A stretch of DNA of 64,000 bases from an uncultured Candidatus Binatia bacterium (GCA_965200125.1 OZ241332.1:1668749-1732748), one strand, 5' to 3'. Positions 9,689 through 23,982 are shown, numbered from the stretch's first letter. Translations and numbers: made by a program. The notes: generated from the sequence alone by a model not told the origin.

Positions 9689-9976
9689 GCATGGCAGAAG
9701 CGGGGCACCGGCCTCGCCTTTTGCGCGTCGACCCTATGCAGCGGCCCGCTGACGCGCAAGGTCGGGCTCCCATCTCGGCTGCACGTTCAGCAAAGGCTAT
9801 ATCCCTCCGAAGCGGCGCATCATCAGGAGAATGTCGAGACGAACCCCTCCCCTTGCATTGCATTGGTGGGCGCGCCCCTGTGCGTCCCCCCACCGCAAAG
9901 AAGCGCCCGGCTGGTCACACGATCATCTATATTGCAGAAAAGAAAAACCGAGCCCGCGACCGCAAAGGACCTTACG

Positions 9977-11398
<1,422 letters not shown>

Positions 11399-11419
11399 GC
11401 GGGTTCGCACCGCAGCGGG

Positions 11420-13372
<1,953 letters not shown>

Positions 13373-13460
13373 GCTGTCCTCCTGGATCCGCGGCAGGCCG
13401 TGCAGTTCGCCCCATCTGCTCGGATGCGAGCGGGAAGCGCCCACGGCCCGCGGCGCGCCT

Positions 13461-14594
13461 CTATTCTTTGATGCCGATGGCCTTGAGAAAGCGTTCCTGC
13501 ACCACGCCGCAGGTCATGGCGTACAGCGTATCGCGGTCGGGCGATTGGGCCAGAAAGCCCAGCGGAATCTGGAACCCGCCCTTATCCTGGATGTTGCCCC
13601 CGCCGTAGTACGATTTCTTGTCCTCGTCCTGGCCGAACACCTTCTTCAGAAATGCGTCCGGGTTGATGGTATCGCTGCGGGTGCGCAGCGACCCGTCGAT
13701 GACCTTGCCGTCCACAATGCCGAACACCAGCACCGTATCCGTGCCCGCGCGCTGCAGCAGGAATTCCGCGACTTGCGGAATGCCGTCGCGGTGCTCGCCG
13801 CGCACGAAACCCACGTCCGTGAACACGAACGCGTCGAACACCTGTTTGCGTTCGAGTGCCTTCTGGATCATGTCCATGACGATCGGCGGCAGGGACTTGC
13901 CCGAAATGGCCTTGAGCAGCGGCTGGTCCACGCACGGCCACAGATAGGCCGCGGCCTCGAACTCCATGCGGCTGGCCTCGACCAGCGCCATGGTGTCCGA
14001 GCGGATGCCGTGCATCAGCGCGGTCGCCAGCCGCACCTGATCCACCTCGCCCGGGTTGAGGCCGCCGGGATACTGCTCGCGCAGATACCCGCTGTAGATC
14101 GCGCACGTGGACGCGGCGTCCTCCCGGACGTCGACGAACTCGGCCGCTACGTCGCCCAGCCGCCGGTGGTGATCCACGAACGACAGAAACGTCTTGCCGG
14201 CCAGCTTGTCGGAGATGGGCGTCTCGGGGTTCTGGGTATCCACCAGCGCGTACGCCGAATAGGGCGAGAGGTCGAACCCGTCGTGGTAGAGTTGCAGATC
14301 GATTTCCAGACGTTTCACCAGCGCGCGGTTCTCGTGGTGGCTGACCTCGTGGAAGCACAGCAGCGTAGTTTCGATATCGAATTCCTCGGCCAGGAACTGA
14401 TGCGCCAAGCCGGAAGCGATGTTATCGGGGTCGGGATAGCCGACCAGGATGAGCAGAATTTTCCGGCCCCGATGCCGGGCCAACACTTTCCGGAAGACGT
14501 TCCACCGGTTGGCGGATGATTCGGGCTCCTCACAAGGGTCGCTTTCGACGACGCGGAGCGCGGGTTCCCCGGATGCTTCGGCAGGTGTTGCCAT
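13461..14594 (-). CDS. DHH/DHHA1 family phosphoesterase (NrnA-like nanoRNase/pAp phosphatase)
   Basis: DHH motif (FVDHHRRL), [10 protein letters not shown] and a DHHA1 GGGN motif. Confidence 0.8.
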   Translation of the reverse strand: MATPAEASGEPALRVVESDPCEEPESSANRWNVFRKVLARHRGRKILLILVGYPDPDNIASGLAHQFLAEEFDIETTLLCFHEVSHHENRALVKRLEIDLQLYHDGFDLSPYSAYALVDTQNPETPISDKLAGKTFLSFVDHHRRLGDVAAEFVDVREDAASTCAIYSGYLREQYPGGLNPGEVDQVRLATALMHGIRSDTMALVEASRMEFEAAAYLWPCVDQPLLKAISGKSLPPIVMDMIQKALERKQVFDAFVFTDVGFVRGEHRDGIPQVAEFLLQRAGTDTVLVFGIVDGKVIDGSLRTRSDTINPDAFLKKVFGQDEDKKSYYGGGNIQDKGGFQIPLGFLAQSPDRDTLYAMTCGVVQERFLKAIGIKE

Positions 14595-14840
14595 AGTGTT
14601 TCCTCCACATATCGCGGACTACCGGTCGCGCGAACCATACTCTGCTGCGTAACCTGCTGACAAGTGCATGCTGCGGCTCTCCTCATGCCCGCTCCCTTGA
14701 GGCCACGGCAAGCATGTGGTAGGGCTGCTCCTGTTCAATACACCCGTTTTTCCAACGCAATTCCATTCCTTTGGCCGAGAGATTGTCCCACTCCAACCAG
14801 CCGCTCCAGACCCCCACTTTCGAGCCGGAGAGGAACCCGC

Positions 14841-15611
14841 GTGCTCACGTTCGTTCGTGCGTGTGGACGGCACACGTTGCGCCACCTGCGCGAAACGGGC
14901 CGCATGGGTATCTTCCTCGGCACCGCCCTGGGCGACGTCTTCATTCCGCCGCTGCAAGCCGGCCAACTCGCCCGGCGCATCTATTTCATCGGCAGCCGCT
15001 CGCTGCTGCTGATCGTGTTCACCGGTGCGTTCACCGGCATGGTCGTCGCCCTGCAAGGCTACATCGCGCTGCGCCGCTTCGGGGGCGAGGAAGCGCTGGG
15101 GCCGATGGTCGGCCTGAGCCTGATCCGCGAACTGGGACCGGTCCTGTCTGCGCTCATGATTACGGCGCGCGCCGGCTCCGCCCTGACCGCGGAGCTCGGC
15201 ATCATGCGCATCACCGAACAGATCGACGCCCTGGAAGTCATGGCCCTCAACCCCATCCGCTACCTGGTCGTGCCGATCTTCCTGGCCGCGCTGATTACGT
15301 TTCCCCTCCTGAACGGCATCTTCGTGACCGTCGGCATCTACGGCGGCTACGTCGTGGGGGTCGAGTTGCTGGGCGGCAGTTCCGGGGCGTACTTCACGCA
15401 GATGAGCAGCGCCGCGGACTCCAACGACGTGTGGATGGGGCTGTACAAATCGTTGTCGTTCGGCGTGATCGTGGCGTGGGTCAGTTGTTTCAAGGGGTTC
15501 TATGCCGACCGCGGCGCCGAGGGGGTGAGCCAGGCGACGACGCAGGCGGTCGTGACGTGTGCGGTGCTGATCCTGGTCTGGGACTATTTCCTGGGCTCGA
15601 TCTTGCTGTAG
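14841..15611 (+). CDS. mlaE: phospholipid ABC transporter permease MlaE
   Basis: 256 aa from a GTG at 14841 with GGAGAGG upstream. MlaE/YrbE family membrane protein. Confidence 0.85.
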   Translation: MLTFVRACGRHTLRHLRETGRMGIFLGTALGDVFIPPLQAGQLARRIYFIGSRSLLLIVFTGAFTGMVVALQGYIALRRFGGEEALGPMVGLSLIRELGPVLSALMITARAGSALTAELGIMRITEQIDALEVMALNPIRYLVVPIFLAALITFPLLNGIFVTVGIYGGYVVGVELLGGSSGAYFTQMSSAADSNDVWMGLYKSLSFGVIVAWVSCFKGFYADRGAEGVSQATTQAVVTCAVLILVWDYFLGSILL

Positions 15612-15625
15612 TGATGCGATGTTTC

Positions 15626-15692
15626 GGTCCCCTCTCCCTCCGGGAGAGGGCTAGAGCCTGCCCCCGAACTTGATCCGGGGGAGAGGGTCCGA
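15626..15692. repeat. REP/MITE-like element family A, copy 2 (inverse orientation)
   Basis: It is about 90% identical to the reverse complement of 2891-2952. It contains the ccctctc-N-gagaggg hairpin and lies in the 120-bp mlaE-mlaF spacer. Confidence 0.7.
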
Positions 15693-15730
15693 CTTCTGCC
15701 ATAAGTAAGTCGCCGAATTCAGACTGACCC

Positions 15731-16495
15731 ATGAGACCGGAGACCGCCGTGATTCGAATCGACAACCTGCACAAATCGTTCGGCAGCCAGGAGGTGCTGC
15801 GCGGCGTGCACCTCGAAATCCCCGACCAGGCGGTCTTCGCAGTGGTCGGAGGCAGCGGGGCGGGGAAAAGTTGTCTGCTCAAGCACGTGATCGGCCTGCT
15901 GCGCCCGGATGCGGGCCGCGTATGGGTGGATGACGTCGACGTTACCCGCCTGGGCCGGCGGGCGCTCAACCGCGTGCGGACCCGGTTCGGGATGCTGTTC
16001 CAGGGCGGCGCCCTGTTCGACTCCATGTCCGTGTACGACAACGTGGCCTTTCCCTTGCGCGAGAAGACCCGCAAGAGCGAGGCCGAAATCAAGGCCAAAG
16101 TCGAAGAACGGCTGTTTCAGGTCGGACTGGCGGGCGGGGGCGACAAGTTTCCGTCCGAACTGTCGGGCGGTATGCGGAAACGCGCCGCGCTGGCCCGCGC
16201 GCTGGTCTCGGACCCGGAAATTCTGCTGTTCGACGAGCCGACCACCGGCCTGGACCCGATCCGGGTGAACGCCATCCATCGGCTCATCCAGGATCTGCAC
16301 GGCCTGTTGGGCTTCACCGCGGTGATCGTCAGCCACGAGATCCCCGCGGTCTTCTCTCTGGCGACCCATGTCGCTATGTTGCACAGTGGTGTAATCGTCG
16401 AGTCGGGATCGCCCGCGGACCTGCAAGCGTCGGACGACCCGGTCGTCCGTCAGTTCCTGAGCGGCGCCCTCGACGGCCCGATAGACGTACATTGA
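15731..16495 (+). CDS. mlaF: phospholipid ABC transporter ATP-binding protein MlaF
   Basis: Walker A GGSGAGKS, LSGGMRKR signature, Walker B LLFDEPTTGLD. Confidence 0.9.
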   Translation: MRPETAVIRIDNLHKSFGSQEVLRGVHLEIPDQAVFAVVGGSGAGKSCLLKHVIGLLRPDAGRVWVDDVDVTRLGRRALNRVRTRFGMLFQGGALFDSMSVYDNVAFPLREKTRKSEAEIKAKVEERLFQVGLAGGGDKFPSELSGGMRKRAALARALVSDPEILLFDEPTTGLDPIRVNAIHRLIQDLHGLLGFTAVIVSHEIPAVFSLATHVAMLHSGVIVESGSPADLQASDDPVVRQFLSGALDGPIDVH

Positions 16496-16672
16496 GACAT
16501 CCTCCGACATCCGATGAGGCGAAATTCCATACACGACGGGCCGGGAACCGTTTCGGCAAGCTCAACGGAGCGGTTCCCGAGTTTGCGGTGGCTTGGGCCG
16601 GCCGATAAGGTCAAGAGCATGTGCCGTATCCAGGGGTGTCCTGCCCGCTGAATCGCGCGCCCTTTCCTTCCC

Positions 16673-17185
16673 ATGAAATACGACGCGGAACTGCTGGTCG
16701 GAACGCTGCTGCTGGGCGTCGCCGGCCTGCTGGGCTATTTCTCGATCCAACTCGGACAGGTCGGTCTGGGCGCAGACCACTATCCGCTGTATGCGGACTT
16801 CACGACCGCAGGCGGCTTGCAGGACGGCGCGGTGATCGAACTGGCCGGGGTCGAGATCGGGCGCGTCGAGCGCGTGCGGCTGGCGGATTACAAGGCGCGC
16901 GTCACGCTCAAGATCGACGAGGCCGTCCGGCTCCACACCGATACGCAGGCCGCGATCAAGACCAAGGGGCTGATCGGCGAACGCTACGTGGAAATCACGC
17001 CCGGCCACGCCGCGGACACGCTCGCCCCGGGCGAGACTATTGACAACACCGAGGAGCCGGTCGACATTCAGGAACTGATCGGGGAATTCATTTTCGGGAA
17101 CGTAGGCGCCGCGGGCAGCGAGCCGGCGGCATCCCGAACGACGGAGGGGCCGGGCGGGGATGTCTGGTCTCTGGGGCTCGAATAA
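16673..17185 (+). CDS. mlaD: MCE-domain substrate-binding protein MlaD
   Basis: N-terminal transmembrane helix followed by an Mce domain (TLKIDEAV...TKGLIGERYVEI). Confidence 0.85.
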   Translation: MKYDAELLVGTLLLGVAGLLGYFSIQLGQVGLGADHYPLYADFTTAGGLQDGAVIELAGVEIGRVERVRLADYKARVTLKIDEAVRLHTDTQAAIKTKGLIGERYVEITPGHAADTLAPGETIDNTEEPVDIQELIGEFIFGNVGAAGSEPAASRTTEGPGGDVWSLGLE

Positions 17186-17225
17186 TTCCATAAAAACACA
17201 CGAACCGCGGACGGAAGGGGAGAGG

Positions 17226-17963
17226 ATGGTGGTGAAAAAACTGGTCTCGGTACTCTTGGTCTGCGGCCTCGTCCAATCCGGTCTCCCGACGAAAGCCGCT
17301 CTGGCCGCGGGACACACCGCGGCGGCTTCACCTCCGATCGCCGACCCGCTGGAGCCGTTCAACCAGGCGATGTTCCATTTCAACCTGACGCTCGACGAAT
17401 ACCTGCTACGACCGGCCGCCAGTGGCTATGCCGCGGTCGTGCCGACCGGGGCGCGGCAGGGCGTTGCCCGCTTCTTCCAGAATCTCAACGTCGCCCCGCG
17501 GGTCGGAAACAAGCTGCTGCAACTCGAACTCGCGGGCGCGGGGACCGAAGTGGCCCGCTTTCTGATCAACACCACCGCCGGCGGACTCGGTTTCTTCGAC
17601 GTCGCGGACCGCTGGTTCGGGCTCGAAGCCGGCCATGCGGACTTCGGACAGACCCTGGCGAAATACGGCGTCGGATCGGGTCCGTACCTCGTGCTGCCGT
17701 TCTTCGGTCCGTCCACGGTGCGCGACGCCGTCGGCCTGGGCGTCGATGGCGCCATGCAGCCCATCAACTACCTGTTGCCGACCGTGCCCGAGCAGATCGC
17801 CGCACGCACCGGCTGGCTCGTCGGCGCGACCGTGAACGCGCGCGCGCTCAACCTCGAACTCTTCGAGAGCGTGGACCGCTTTTCGCTCGACCTGTACGGC
17901 GCCGTGCAGGACGGCTACCTCCAACGGCGCGAGCAGGTCATCCGGGACGCCGTGGACCGCTGA
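17226..17963 (+). CDS. mlaA: lipoprotein MlaA/VacJ
   Basis: Signal peptide followed by VacJ family motifs (EPFNQAMFHFNLTLDEY, GPYLVLPFFGPSTVRD). Confidence 0.85.
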   Translation: MVVKKLVSVLLVCGLVQSGLPTKAALAAGHTAAASPPIADPLEPFNQAMFHFNLTLDEYLLRPAASGYAAVVPTGARQGVARFFQNLNVAPRVGNKLLQLELAGAGTEVARFLINTTAGGLGFFDVADRWFGLEAGHADFGQTLAKYGVGSGPYLVLPFFGPSTVRDAVGLGVDGAMQPINYLLPTVPEQIAARTGWLVGATVNARALNLELFESVDRFSLDLYGAVQDGYLQRREQVIRDAVDR

Positions 17964-17974
17964 CGCGCCGAACC

Positions 17975-18622
17975 ATGACCCTCCGCCCGTTCGCCGCGAT
18001 TCTCGGCGGCCCGGTCCTCGTCACGGCCATCCTGTCGGCGTCGGCCAGTGCCGCGGACTCGCCCCTGCACACCGTCCGCACGACGATCGACCGCATCGTG
18101 GCGGTCTTCGAGTCTCCGGAGTACCGCGGCCCGGACCGGCGCACGGCACGGATCGGGCGGGTCGGCGCTATCGTGCGGCCGCTGATCGACGAGCGCGAGG
18201 TCGCCCGCCGCACCCTGGGCGTGTATTGGCGCGACCGGACCGAGGCCCAACGCGCGGAGTTCACCGACATCTTCATGCGCCTGGTCGAGCAGTCGTACGG
18301 CGAGACGTTCGACCGGCAAGCCCGGAAATATCTGGATACGGTGCAATTCCTGTACGACAAGGAAACCATCGACGGGGACTTCGCCGAAGTCGCCACGCGC
18401 CTCTTCCTGCCGCCCCAGAACAAACATTTTGCGATCAACTACCGGTTCCACAAGGTCGGCGGGCAATGGCTGGTGTACGACGTGGTGGTCGAAAACGTGA
18501 GCATGGTCCGCAACTTTCGGACGCAGTTCTACCGCATCATCGGGAAAAGCTCGTATGACGACTTGGTGCGCCAACTTCGGGCCAAACTCGAGCGGCTCGC
18601 AACCACCCGGCCGGCATCCTGA
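17975..18622 (+). CDS. mlaC: periplasmic phospholipid-binding protein MlaC (Ttg2D)
   Basis: Signal peptide plus a Tol-tolerance MlaC domain. It is the last gene of the mla operon. Confidence 0.85.
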   Translation: MTLRPFAAILGGPVLVTAILSASASAADSPLHTVRTTIDRIVAVFESPEYRGPDRRTARIGRVGAIVRPLIDEREVARRTLGVYWRDRTEAQRAEFTDIFMRLVEQSYGETFDRQARKYLDTVQFLYDKETIDGDFAEVATRLFLPPQNKHFAINYRFHKVGGQWLVYDVVVENVSMVRNFRTQFYRIIGKSSYDDLVRQLRAKLERLATTRPAS

Positions 18623-18690
18623 GCGCGTGGCGAGCGGCGGCCCCTCCCCTCCGGCCGTACGCCCGCACGGTTGACTCCGGGGGGTTCGTC

Positions 18691-20280
18691 ATGCCCGGTC
18701 TCGTGCCAGACGCCACCCGGCCCGTCATTTCCACGGCCGACTTCGACGCGGTGCTGTTCGACCTGGACGGTGTGGTTACCCAGACGGAAAAGCTGCACAC
18801 CGTCGCCTGGAAGCAGCTGTTCGACGAGTTTCTGGACCGCTGGGCGGGCAAGACGGGCGCGACCTGTGCGCCGTTCGACGCCGAGTCCGACTACCTGGAA
18901 TACGTGGACGGCAAGCAACGTTACGACGGGGTGCGCAGCTTTCTGGCGGCGCGCGGCATCACGTTGCGCGAGGGCGACCCGGACGACGACGAAACGCGAG
19001 AAACCGTTTGCGGGCTGGGCAACCGCAAGAACGCGGCTTTTCTGGACTGCCTGGGCGAGACCGGCGTGCAGGTCTTCGACTCGACCGTCGAACTCGTGCG
19101 GACGCTGCGAGACCGCGGGCTGAAGATCGCGATCGTCTCGTCCAGCAAGAACTGCCGGGTCGTGCTGGAACGGGCCGGCCTCGACCGCTTGTTCGACGTG
19201 CGCGTGGACGGGGTGGAAAGCGCGGCCCGCGCCCTGCCCGGCAAGCCCGCGCCCGACACCTATCTGGAAGCCGCGCGCAGGCTGGCCGTCGCGCCCGGCC
19301 GTGCGGTCGTGGTGGAGGACGCGAACTCGGGCGTTGAGGCCGGCCATCGCGGCGGGTTCGGCCTGGTGCTGGGCGTGGCCCGGCGGCGGAATCACGCCGC
19401 GCTGGTCGCCAACGGCGCCGACGCGGTGGTGACCGACCTGGCCGAAGTCAGCGTGAGCCCAGCGCCCGAGGTCTCGCGCGTGCGCAACGTCGTGAATCTC
19501 CCGTCGGCGCTGGATCGGTTCGACGCCATCGCCGGCCGCCTCGCCCGCGGTCGGGCGGCCGTCTTTCTGGATTATGACGGCACGTTGACACCCATCGTCA
19601 GCCGTCCGGAACTGGCCCGCCTGGCGGATGACGTGCGCGACACCGTGGCCACGCTCGCCGCCCGCTGTCCCGTGGCGCTCGTCAGCGGACGCGACCGGGC
19701 TGACCTGCAACGCATGGTCGGGCTGGAAGCGTGCCACTACGCCGGCAGCCACGGTTTCGACATCAGCGGCCCGGGCGGACTGGCGATGCAGCACGCCGAC
19801 GGACTGAGGTTCCTGCCGACCCTGGATGCAATCGAAACGTCTCTGCGCGAGGCGCTCGCCGACGTTCCGGGCACGCTGGTGGAACGCAAGAAATTCACGC
19901 TCGCGGCCCATTTCCGCAACGTGGCGCCGGCCCGCGTCGCCGCGGTCGAAGCGCGGGTGGACGCGCTGCTGGCCGACCAGCCCACTTTCCGCAAGACGAC
20001 GGGAAAGATGGTCTTCGAGATCCGACCGCGGCTCGACTGGCACAAGGGCAAGGCGGTGCTCTGGCTCCTCGATGCGTTGGGACTCGACGGCCCCGACGTG
20101 GTGCCGGTGTTCGTCGGCGACGACGCGACCGACGAAGATGCGTTCACGATGCTGGCCGGCCGTGCGGTGACGGTCGTCGTGGCGGACGCCCCGCGCCCGA
20201 GCGCCGCGGCCTACACGCTGCGCGATCCCGGGCAGGTCCATACGTTTCTGCGTCGCCTCGCCGAAATTTTCGACGGCTGA
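18691..20280 (+). CDS. bifunctional HAD protein: beta-phosphoglucomutase-like N-domain plus trehalose-6-phosphate phosphatase (OtsB) C-domain
   Basis: The N-terminus has DAVLFDLDGVVT and VEDANSGVEAG (PgmB-like). The C-terminus has AVFLDYDGTLTP and VGDDATDEDAF (TPP). Read as a domain fusion upstream of the GH65 gene. Confidence 0.8.
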   Translation: MPGLVPDATRPVISTADFDAVLFDLDGVVTQTEKLHTVAWKQLFDEFLDRWAGKTGATCAPFDAESDYLEYVDGKQRYDGVRSFLAARGITLREGDPDDDETRETVCGLGNRKNAAFLDCLGETGVQVFDSTVELVRTLRDRGLKIAIVSSSKNCRVVLERAGLDRLFDVRVDGVESAARALPGKPAPDTYLEAARRLAVAPGRAVVVEDANSGVEAGHRGGFGLVLGVARRRNHAALVANGADAVVTDLAEVSVSPAPEVSRVRNVVNLPSALDRFDAIAGRLARGRAAVFLDYDGTLTPIVSRPELARLADDVRDTVATLAARCPVALVSGRDRADLQRMVGLEACHYAGSHGFDISGPGGLAMQHADGLRFLPTLDAIETSLREALADVPGTLVERKKFTLAAHFRNVAPARVAAVEARVDALLADQPTFRKTTGKMVFEIRPRLDWHKGKAVLWLLDALGLDGPDVVPVFVGDDATDEDAFTMLAGRAVTVVVADAPRPSAAAYTLRDPGQVHTFLRRLAEIFDG

Positions 20281-20286
20281 CCAGCC

Positions 20287-22791
20287 ATGTCCGACCGACC
20301 CGTGGTTGCCGGACGGACGGCGCAATCGTCCGGTCCCGTACCGTCCGACGGGCTCATCCGGTTCGACGACTACCTCCCTGCGCAAGAGGGCGTGCGCGAA
20401 GCGTTGTGCACGCTGGGCAACGGGTATTTCGCCACGCGCGGCGCTGCCGAAGAGGTCGTCGCGGACGGCGTGCACTATCCCGGTACGTATCTGGCGGGTG
20501 GCTATAACCGCCTCACGACCGAGATTGCCGGCCGTCGCATCGAAAACGACGACTTGGTGAATTTTCCGAACTGGCTGGGCCTCACCTTCCGGGCTGAGAG
20601 CACCGAGTGGTTCACGCCCGGCGCATACGACGTTCTGGAGTGGGCGCGGGAACTCGACCTCGCCCGCGGGCTGCTGACCCGCACGGTGCGCGTGCGCGAC
20701 GCGCATGGACGAGAGACTCGACTCGTCTATCGGCGGCTGGTCAGCTTGGCTGACCGGCACGTGGCCGGCATCGCGCTGACGCTGACCCCGGAGAACTGGT
20801 CCGGGCAAATCGAATTCCGCACAACCCTCGACGGGCGGGTACGGAACGCGGGCGTCCCGCGCTATGCGCAACTCGCCAACCGGCACTTGGCCCCCGTGAC
20901 GGACGAGACGTTCGGCCCGGACGGCGTGGCGATCATCGTCCGCACCACGCAATCCCGCCTGACGGTCGCGCTCGCGGCGCGGACGCGGATGTTCCGCGGG
21001 ACCGACGTCGTTCCCGCGGACCCACGGACGCATCTCGACGCCGGCCACGTCGCCCAATATCTGTCGTGCAGGGTCGTGACCGGCGAAGCGATCGATCTGG
21101 AAAGAATCGTGGCGCTGGCGACCTCGCGCGATCGTGCTTCGCAGTCCGCCGCGGCACCGGCGGACGCGGAGACGGCCCCTCTCCGAGCGACCCTCTCCGA
21201 GACGCTCGAAGGCGCCGGGCGGTTCGACGGCCTGCTCGACGCCCACGCCGCGGCGTGGCGCCGCGTGTGGGATCGCTCGGACGTCACCGTCCGTGAGCAA
21301 CCGCGGACCCAGCGGTTGCTGCGTTTCCACGCCTTCCATCTCTTGCAGACCGCGTCCGAGCATACGCGCACCCTGGACGTCAGCATTCCCGCGCGTGGCC
21401 TGCACGGCGAGGCGTACCGCGGGCACGTCTTCTGGGACGAGGTGTTCATCTTTCCGTTCTTCACGTTCCGGCAGCCCGCACTGACCCGGTCGCTGTTGGC
21501 GTACCGCTACCGGCGGCTGCCCGCGGCGCGTGCCGCAGCGCAACGCGCCGGCTACGCAGGCGCCATGTTTCCGTGGCAGAGCAGCAGCGACGGGCGCGAG
21601 GAGAGTCAGGTCGTCCATCTCAATCCGGCATCCGGGCGCTGGATTCCGGACCACAGCGCCCTGCAGCGGCACGTGAACGTCGCCATCGCCTACAACGTCT
21701 GGCAGTACTACCAAGCCAGTCTGGATGTGGAGTTCCTGGCCGGGTACGGCGCAGAACTCCTGCTGGACGTCGCGCGGTTCTGGTCCAGCGCGGCCTCCCT
21801 GAATCCGCAGCGGGGACGCTACGAAATCCACCGGGTGATGGGTCCCGACGAATACCACGAAGCCTATCCCGACGCGGACGAACCCGGACTGCGCAACAAC
21901 GCCTACACCAACGTCATGGCCGTCTGGACACTGCTGCGGGCGCTCGACGTCCTCGCCCTGCTGCCCGCGGACCGCGCCCGCAGCCTGTGTGCCGCGCTCG
22001 ACATCACCGCAGCCGAGCGCGCCCGCTGGGAGAACCTCACGCGCAAGATGTACGTCCCCACTCACCGCGACGACCGCGGCGGCGAGATCGTCAGCCAGTT
22101 CGAGGGGTTCGAGACCCTGCGTGCCTTCGACTGGGACGGCTACCGAAAAAAGTACGGCGACATCCACCGTCTCGACCGCATCCTGGAGGCCGAGCACGAC
22201 AGTGCCGACCGGTACCAAGTCGCCAAACAGGCCGACGTGTTGATGCTGTTCTACCTGTTGCCCGTAGCCGAGGTGCAGGCATTGTTCGACCGCCTGGGCT
22301 GCCGTCTCGACGACGACGCGGTACGCCGGAACGTGGACTATTATTTCCGGCGTACCTCGCACGGCTCGACCCTGAGCCGCGTCGTGCACGCCTGGGTGCT
22401 GGCCCGGCTCGACCCGGAGCGTTCCTGGCGATTGTTCTGCGAGGCGTTGGAGAGCGACGTGAACGACGTTCAGGGCGGTACGACGGCCGAAGGGATTCAC
22501 ACCGGGGTGATGGCCGGGACGCTGGACCTCGTCCTGCGTTGCTACCTGGGCATGGAACCGCGCGGCGATACCGTCTGGTTCGCCCCCTGTCCGCCCCCGG
22601 CCCTACGTGCAGGCGTGAGGTTTCGAATGCAGTACCGCGGGAACTGGCTGTCGGTCGAAACGACGCCTGACCGTCTGCGGGTCGCGTGTGACGTCGGAGG
22701 GCCGCGACCCGCGCGTGTAGGTGTGGCCGGCCACGTCGTCGAGCTCGTCCCCGGCCGGACGCACGACTTCGCCCTGCCGGCCGCGTCCTGA
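20287..22791 (+). CDS. glycoside hydrolase family 65 disaccharide phosphorylase (trehalose/kojibiose/maltose phosphorylase-like)
   Basis: 834 aa with GH65 N-terminal, catalytic and C-terminal domains. Confidence 0.85.
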   Translation: MSDRPVVAGRTAQSSGPVPSDGLIRFDDYLPAQEGVREALCTLGNGYFATRGAAEEVVADGVHYPGTYLAGGYNRLTTEIAGRRIENDDLVNFPNWLGLTFRAESTEWFTPGAYDVLEWARELDLARGLLTRTVRVRDAHGRETRLVYRRLVSLADRHVAGIALTLTPENWSGQIEFRTTLDGRVRNAGVPRYAQLANRHLAPVTDETFGPDGVAIIVRTTQSRLTVALAARTRMFRGTDVVPADPRTHLDAGHVAQYLSCRVVTGEAIDLERIVALATSRDRASQSAAAPADAETAPLRATLSETLEGAGRFDGLLDAHAAAWRRVWDRSDVTVREQPRTQRLLRFHAFHLLQTASEHTRTLDVSIPARGLHGEAYRGHVFWDEVFIFPFFTFRQPALTRSLLAYRYRRLPAARAAAQRAGYAGAMFPWQSSSDGREESQVVHLNPASGRWIPDHSALQRHVNVAIAYNVWQYYQASLDVEFLAGYGAELLLDVARFWSSAASLNPQRGRYEIHRVMGPDEYHEAYPDADEPGLRNNAYTNVMAVWTLLRALDVLALLPADRARSLCAALDITAAERARWENLTRKMYVPTHRDDRGGEIVSQFEGFETLRAFDWDGYRKKYGDIHRLDRILEAEHDSADRYQVAKQADVLMLFYLLPVAEVQALFDRLGCRLDDDAVRRNVDYYFRRTSHGSTLSRVVHAWVLARLDPERSWRLFCEALESDVNDVQGGTTAEGIHTGVMAGTLDLVLRCYLGMEPRGDTVWFAPCPPPALRAGVRFRMQYRGNWLSVETTPDRLRVACDVGGPRPARVGVAGHVVELVPGRTHDFALPAAS

Positions 22792-22862
22792 ACCGCCCCG
22801 GTCCGTCGTCCGATACCGTTTCGCCTCCGCGTCCGACCGACGGCAGCACTGCGAGGACATCC

Positions 22863-23876
22863 ATGCGTGTCATGGCCGTCGTTTCGCCCGGACCGATAGA
22901 GCGCCACCCGCTCCGGCTCGTCGCACTCCCGACGCCCCAACCCGGCCGCGGACAGGTATTGGTCCGCGTCGAAGTGTGCGGGGTGTGCCGGACCGATCTG
23001 CATGTGGCCGAAGGCGACCTGCCCGCCCAGCGCAGTCCGATCGTTCCGGGCCACGAGGTCGTGGGGCGCGTCGTCGCCTGCGGCCCGGATGCCCAACAAG
23101 TACGGGAAGGCGACCGGGTCGGCGTGGCGTGGCTGCATGCCACGTGTGGACGGTGTCGGTTCTGCAACCGCGGGGACGAGAACCTGTGCCTCGCGCCCCG
23201 CTTCACCGGCTATCACGAACACGGCGGGTACGCCGAATACATGGTCGCGCCTGCCGCCTTCGTGTACGCGCTGCCGGAGGACGTCTCCGCGGTCGAAACG
23301 GCACCTTTTCTCTGTGCCGGCATCATCGGATACCGCGCCCTGCAACGCTGCGGGATCGAAGCCGGCGGCCGGCTGGGCCTGTACGGCTTCGGCGGCTCCG
23401 CCCACATCGTCCTGCAGATCGCCCGACACCGGAACTGTGAAGTGGCCGTCGTCACCCGCGGCGAGCGCCACCGCAACCTAGCCCGACAGATGGGCGCCAC
23501 CTGGGTCGGCGGCCTGTCCGACCCGCTGCCCCACGCGCTCGACGCAGCCATCGTCTTCGCCCCCGCGGGCGACGTGGTGCCGCACGCGCTGGCCGCATTG
23601 GACCGAGGCGGCACCCTGGCCCTCGCCGGCGTATACATGACGGAGATTCCGCCGCTCGACTACGCGCGCACCCTCTTCTACGAACGCACCGTGTGCAGCG
23701 TCACGGCCAATACGCGCGCAGACGGCCGGGCGCTGCTCGATTTGGCGCGGCGTATCCCCTTGCACACCCGGACCGAGGAGTTCCCGCTGTCCGAGGTCAC
23801 CGAGGCGCTGCGCCGCCTGAAAGCCGGGCGTATTTCCGGGGCCGCGGTGCTGCGCGTCTCCGACGGTCGGACGTGA
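22863..23876 (+). CDS. zinc-dependent alcohol dehydrogenase (MDR family)
   Basis: GHEVVGRV catalytic-Zn motif, a CGRCRFC structural-Zn site and GFGGSAH NAD-binding motif. Confidence 0.88.
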   Translation: MRVMAVVSPGPIERHPLRLVALPTPQPGRGQVLVRVEVCGVCRTDLHVAEGDLPAQRSPIVPGHEVVGRVVACGPDAQQVREGDRVGVAWLHATCGRCRFCNRGDENLCLAPRFTGYHEHGGYAEYMVAPAAFVYALPEDVSAVETAPFLCAGIIGYRALQRCGIEAGGRLGLYGFGGSAHIVLQIARHRNCEVAVVTRGERHRNLARQMGATWVGGLSDPLPHALDAAIVFAPAGDVVPHALAALDRGGTLALAGVYMTEIPPLDYARTLFYERTVCSVTANTRADGRALLDLARRIPLHTRTEEFPLSEVTEALRRLKAGRISGAAVLRVSDGRT

Positions 23877-23982
23877 CCGCACGCCCTGCTTTCGCGCGGG
23901 ATTTCTGGTACATCTGCGCTGTTACGACCGAAATGTTTGGGGGGAAGCCGCTGATAGCAGGCACACATACGGAGGGACGTCC

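Noticed and set aside
18529-22500. 1323-aa minus-strand ORF
   Set aside because: It is antisense to the PgmB/OtsB fusion and the GH65 gene. There are no motifs and the composition is typical of a high-GC shadow ORF.
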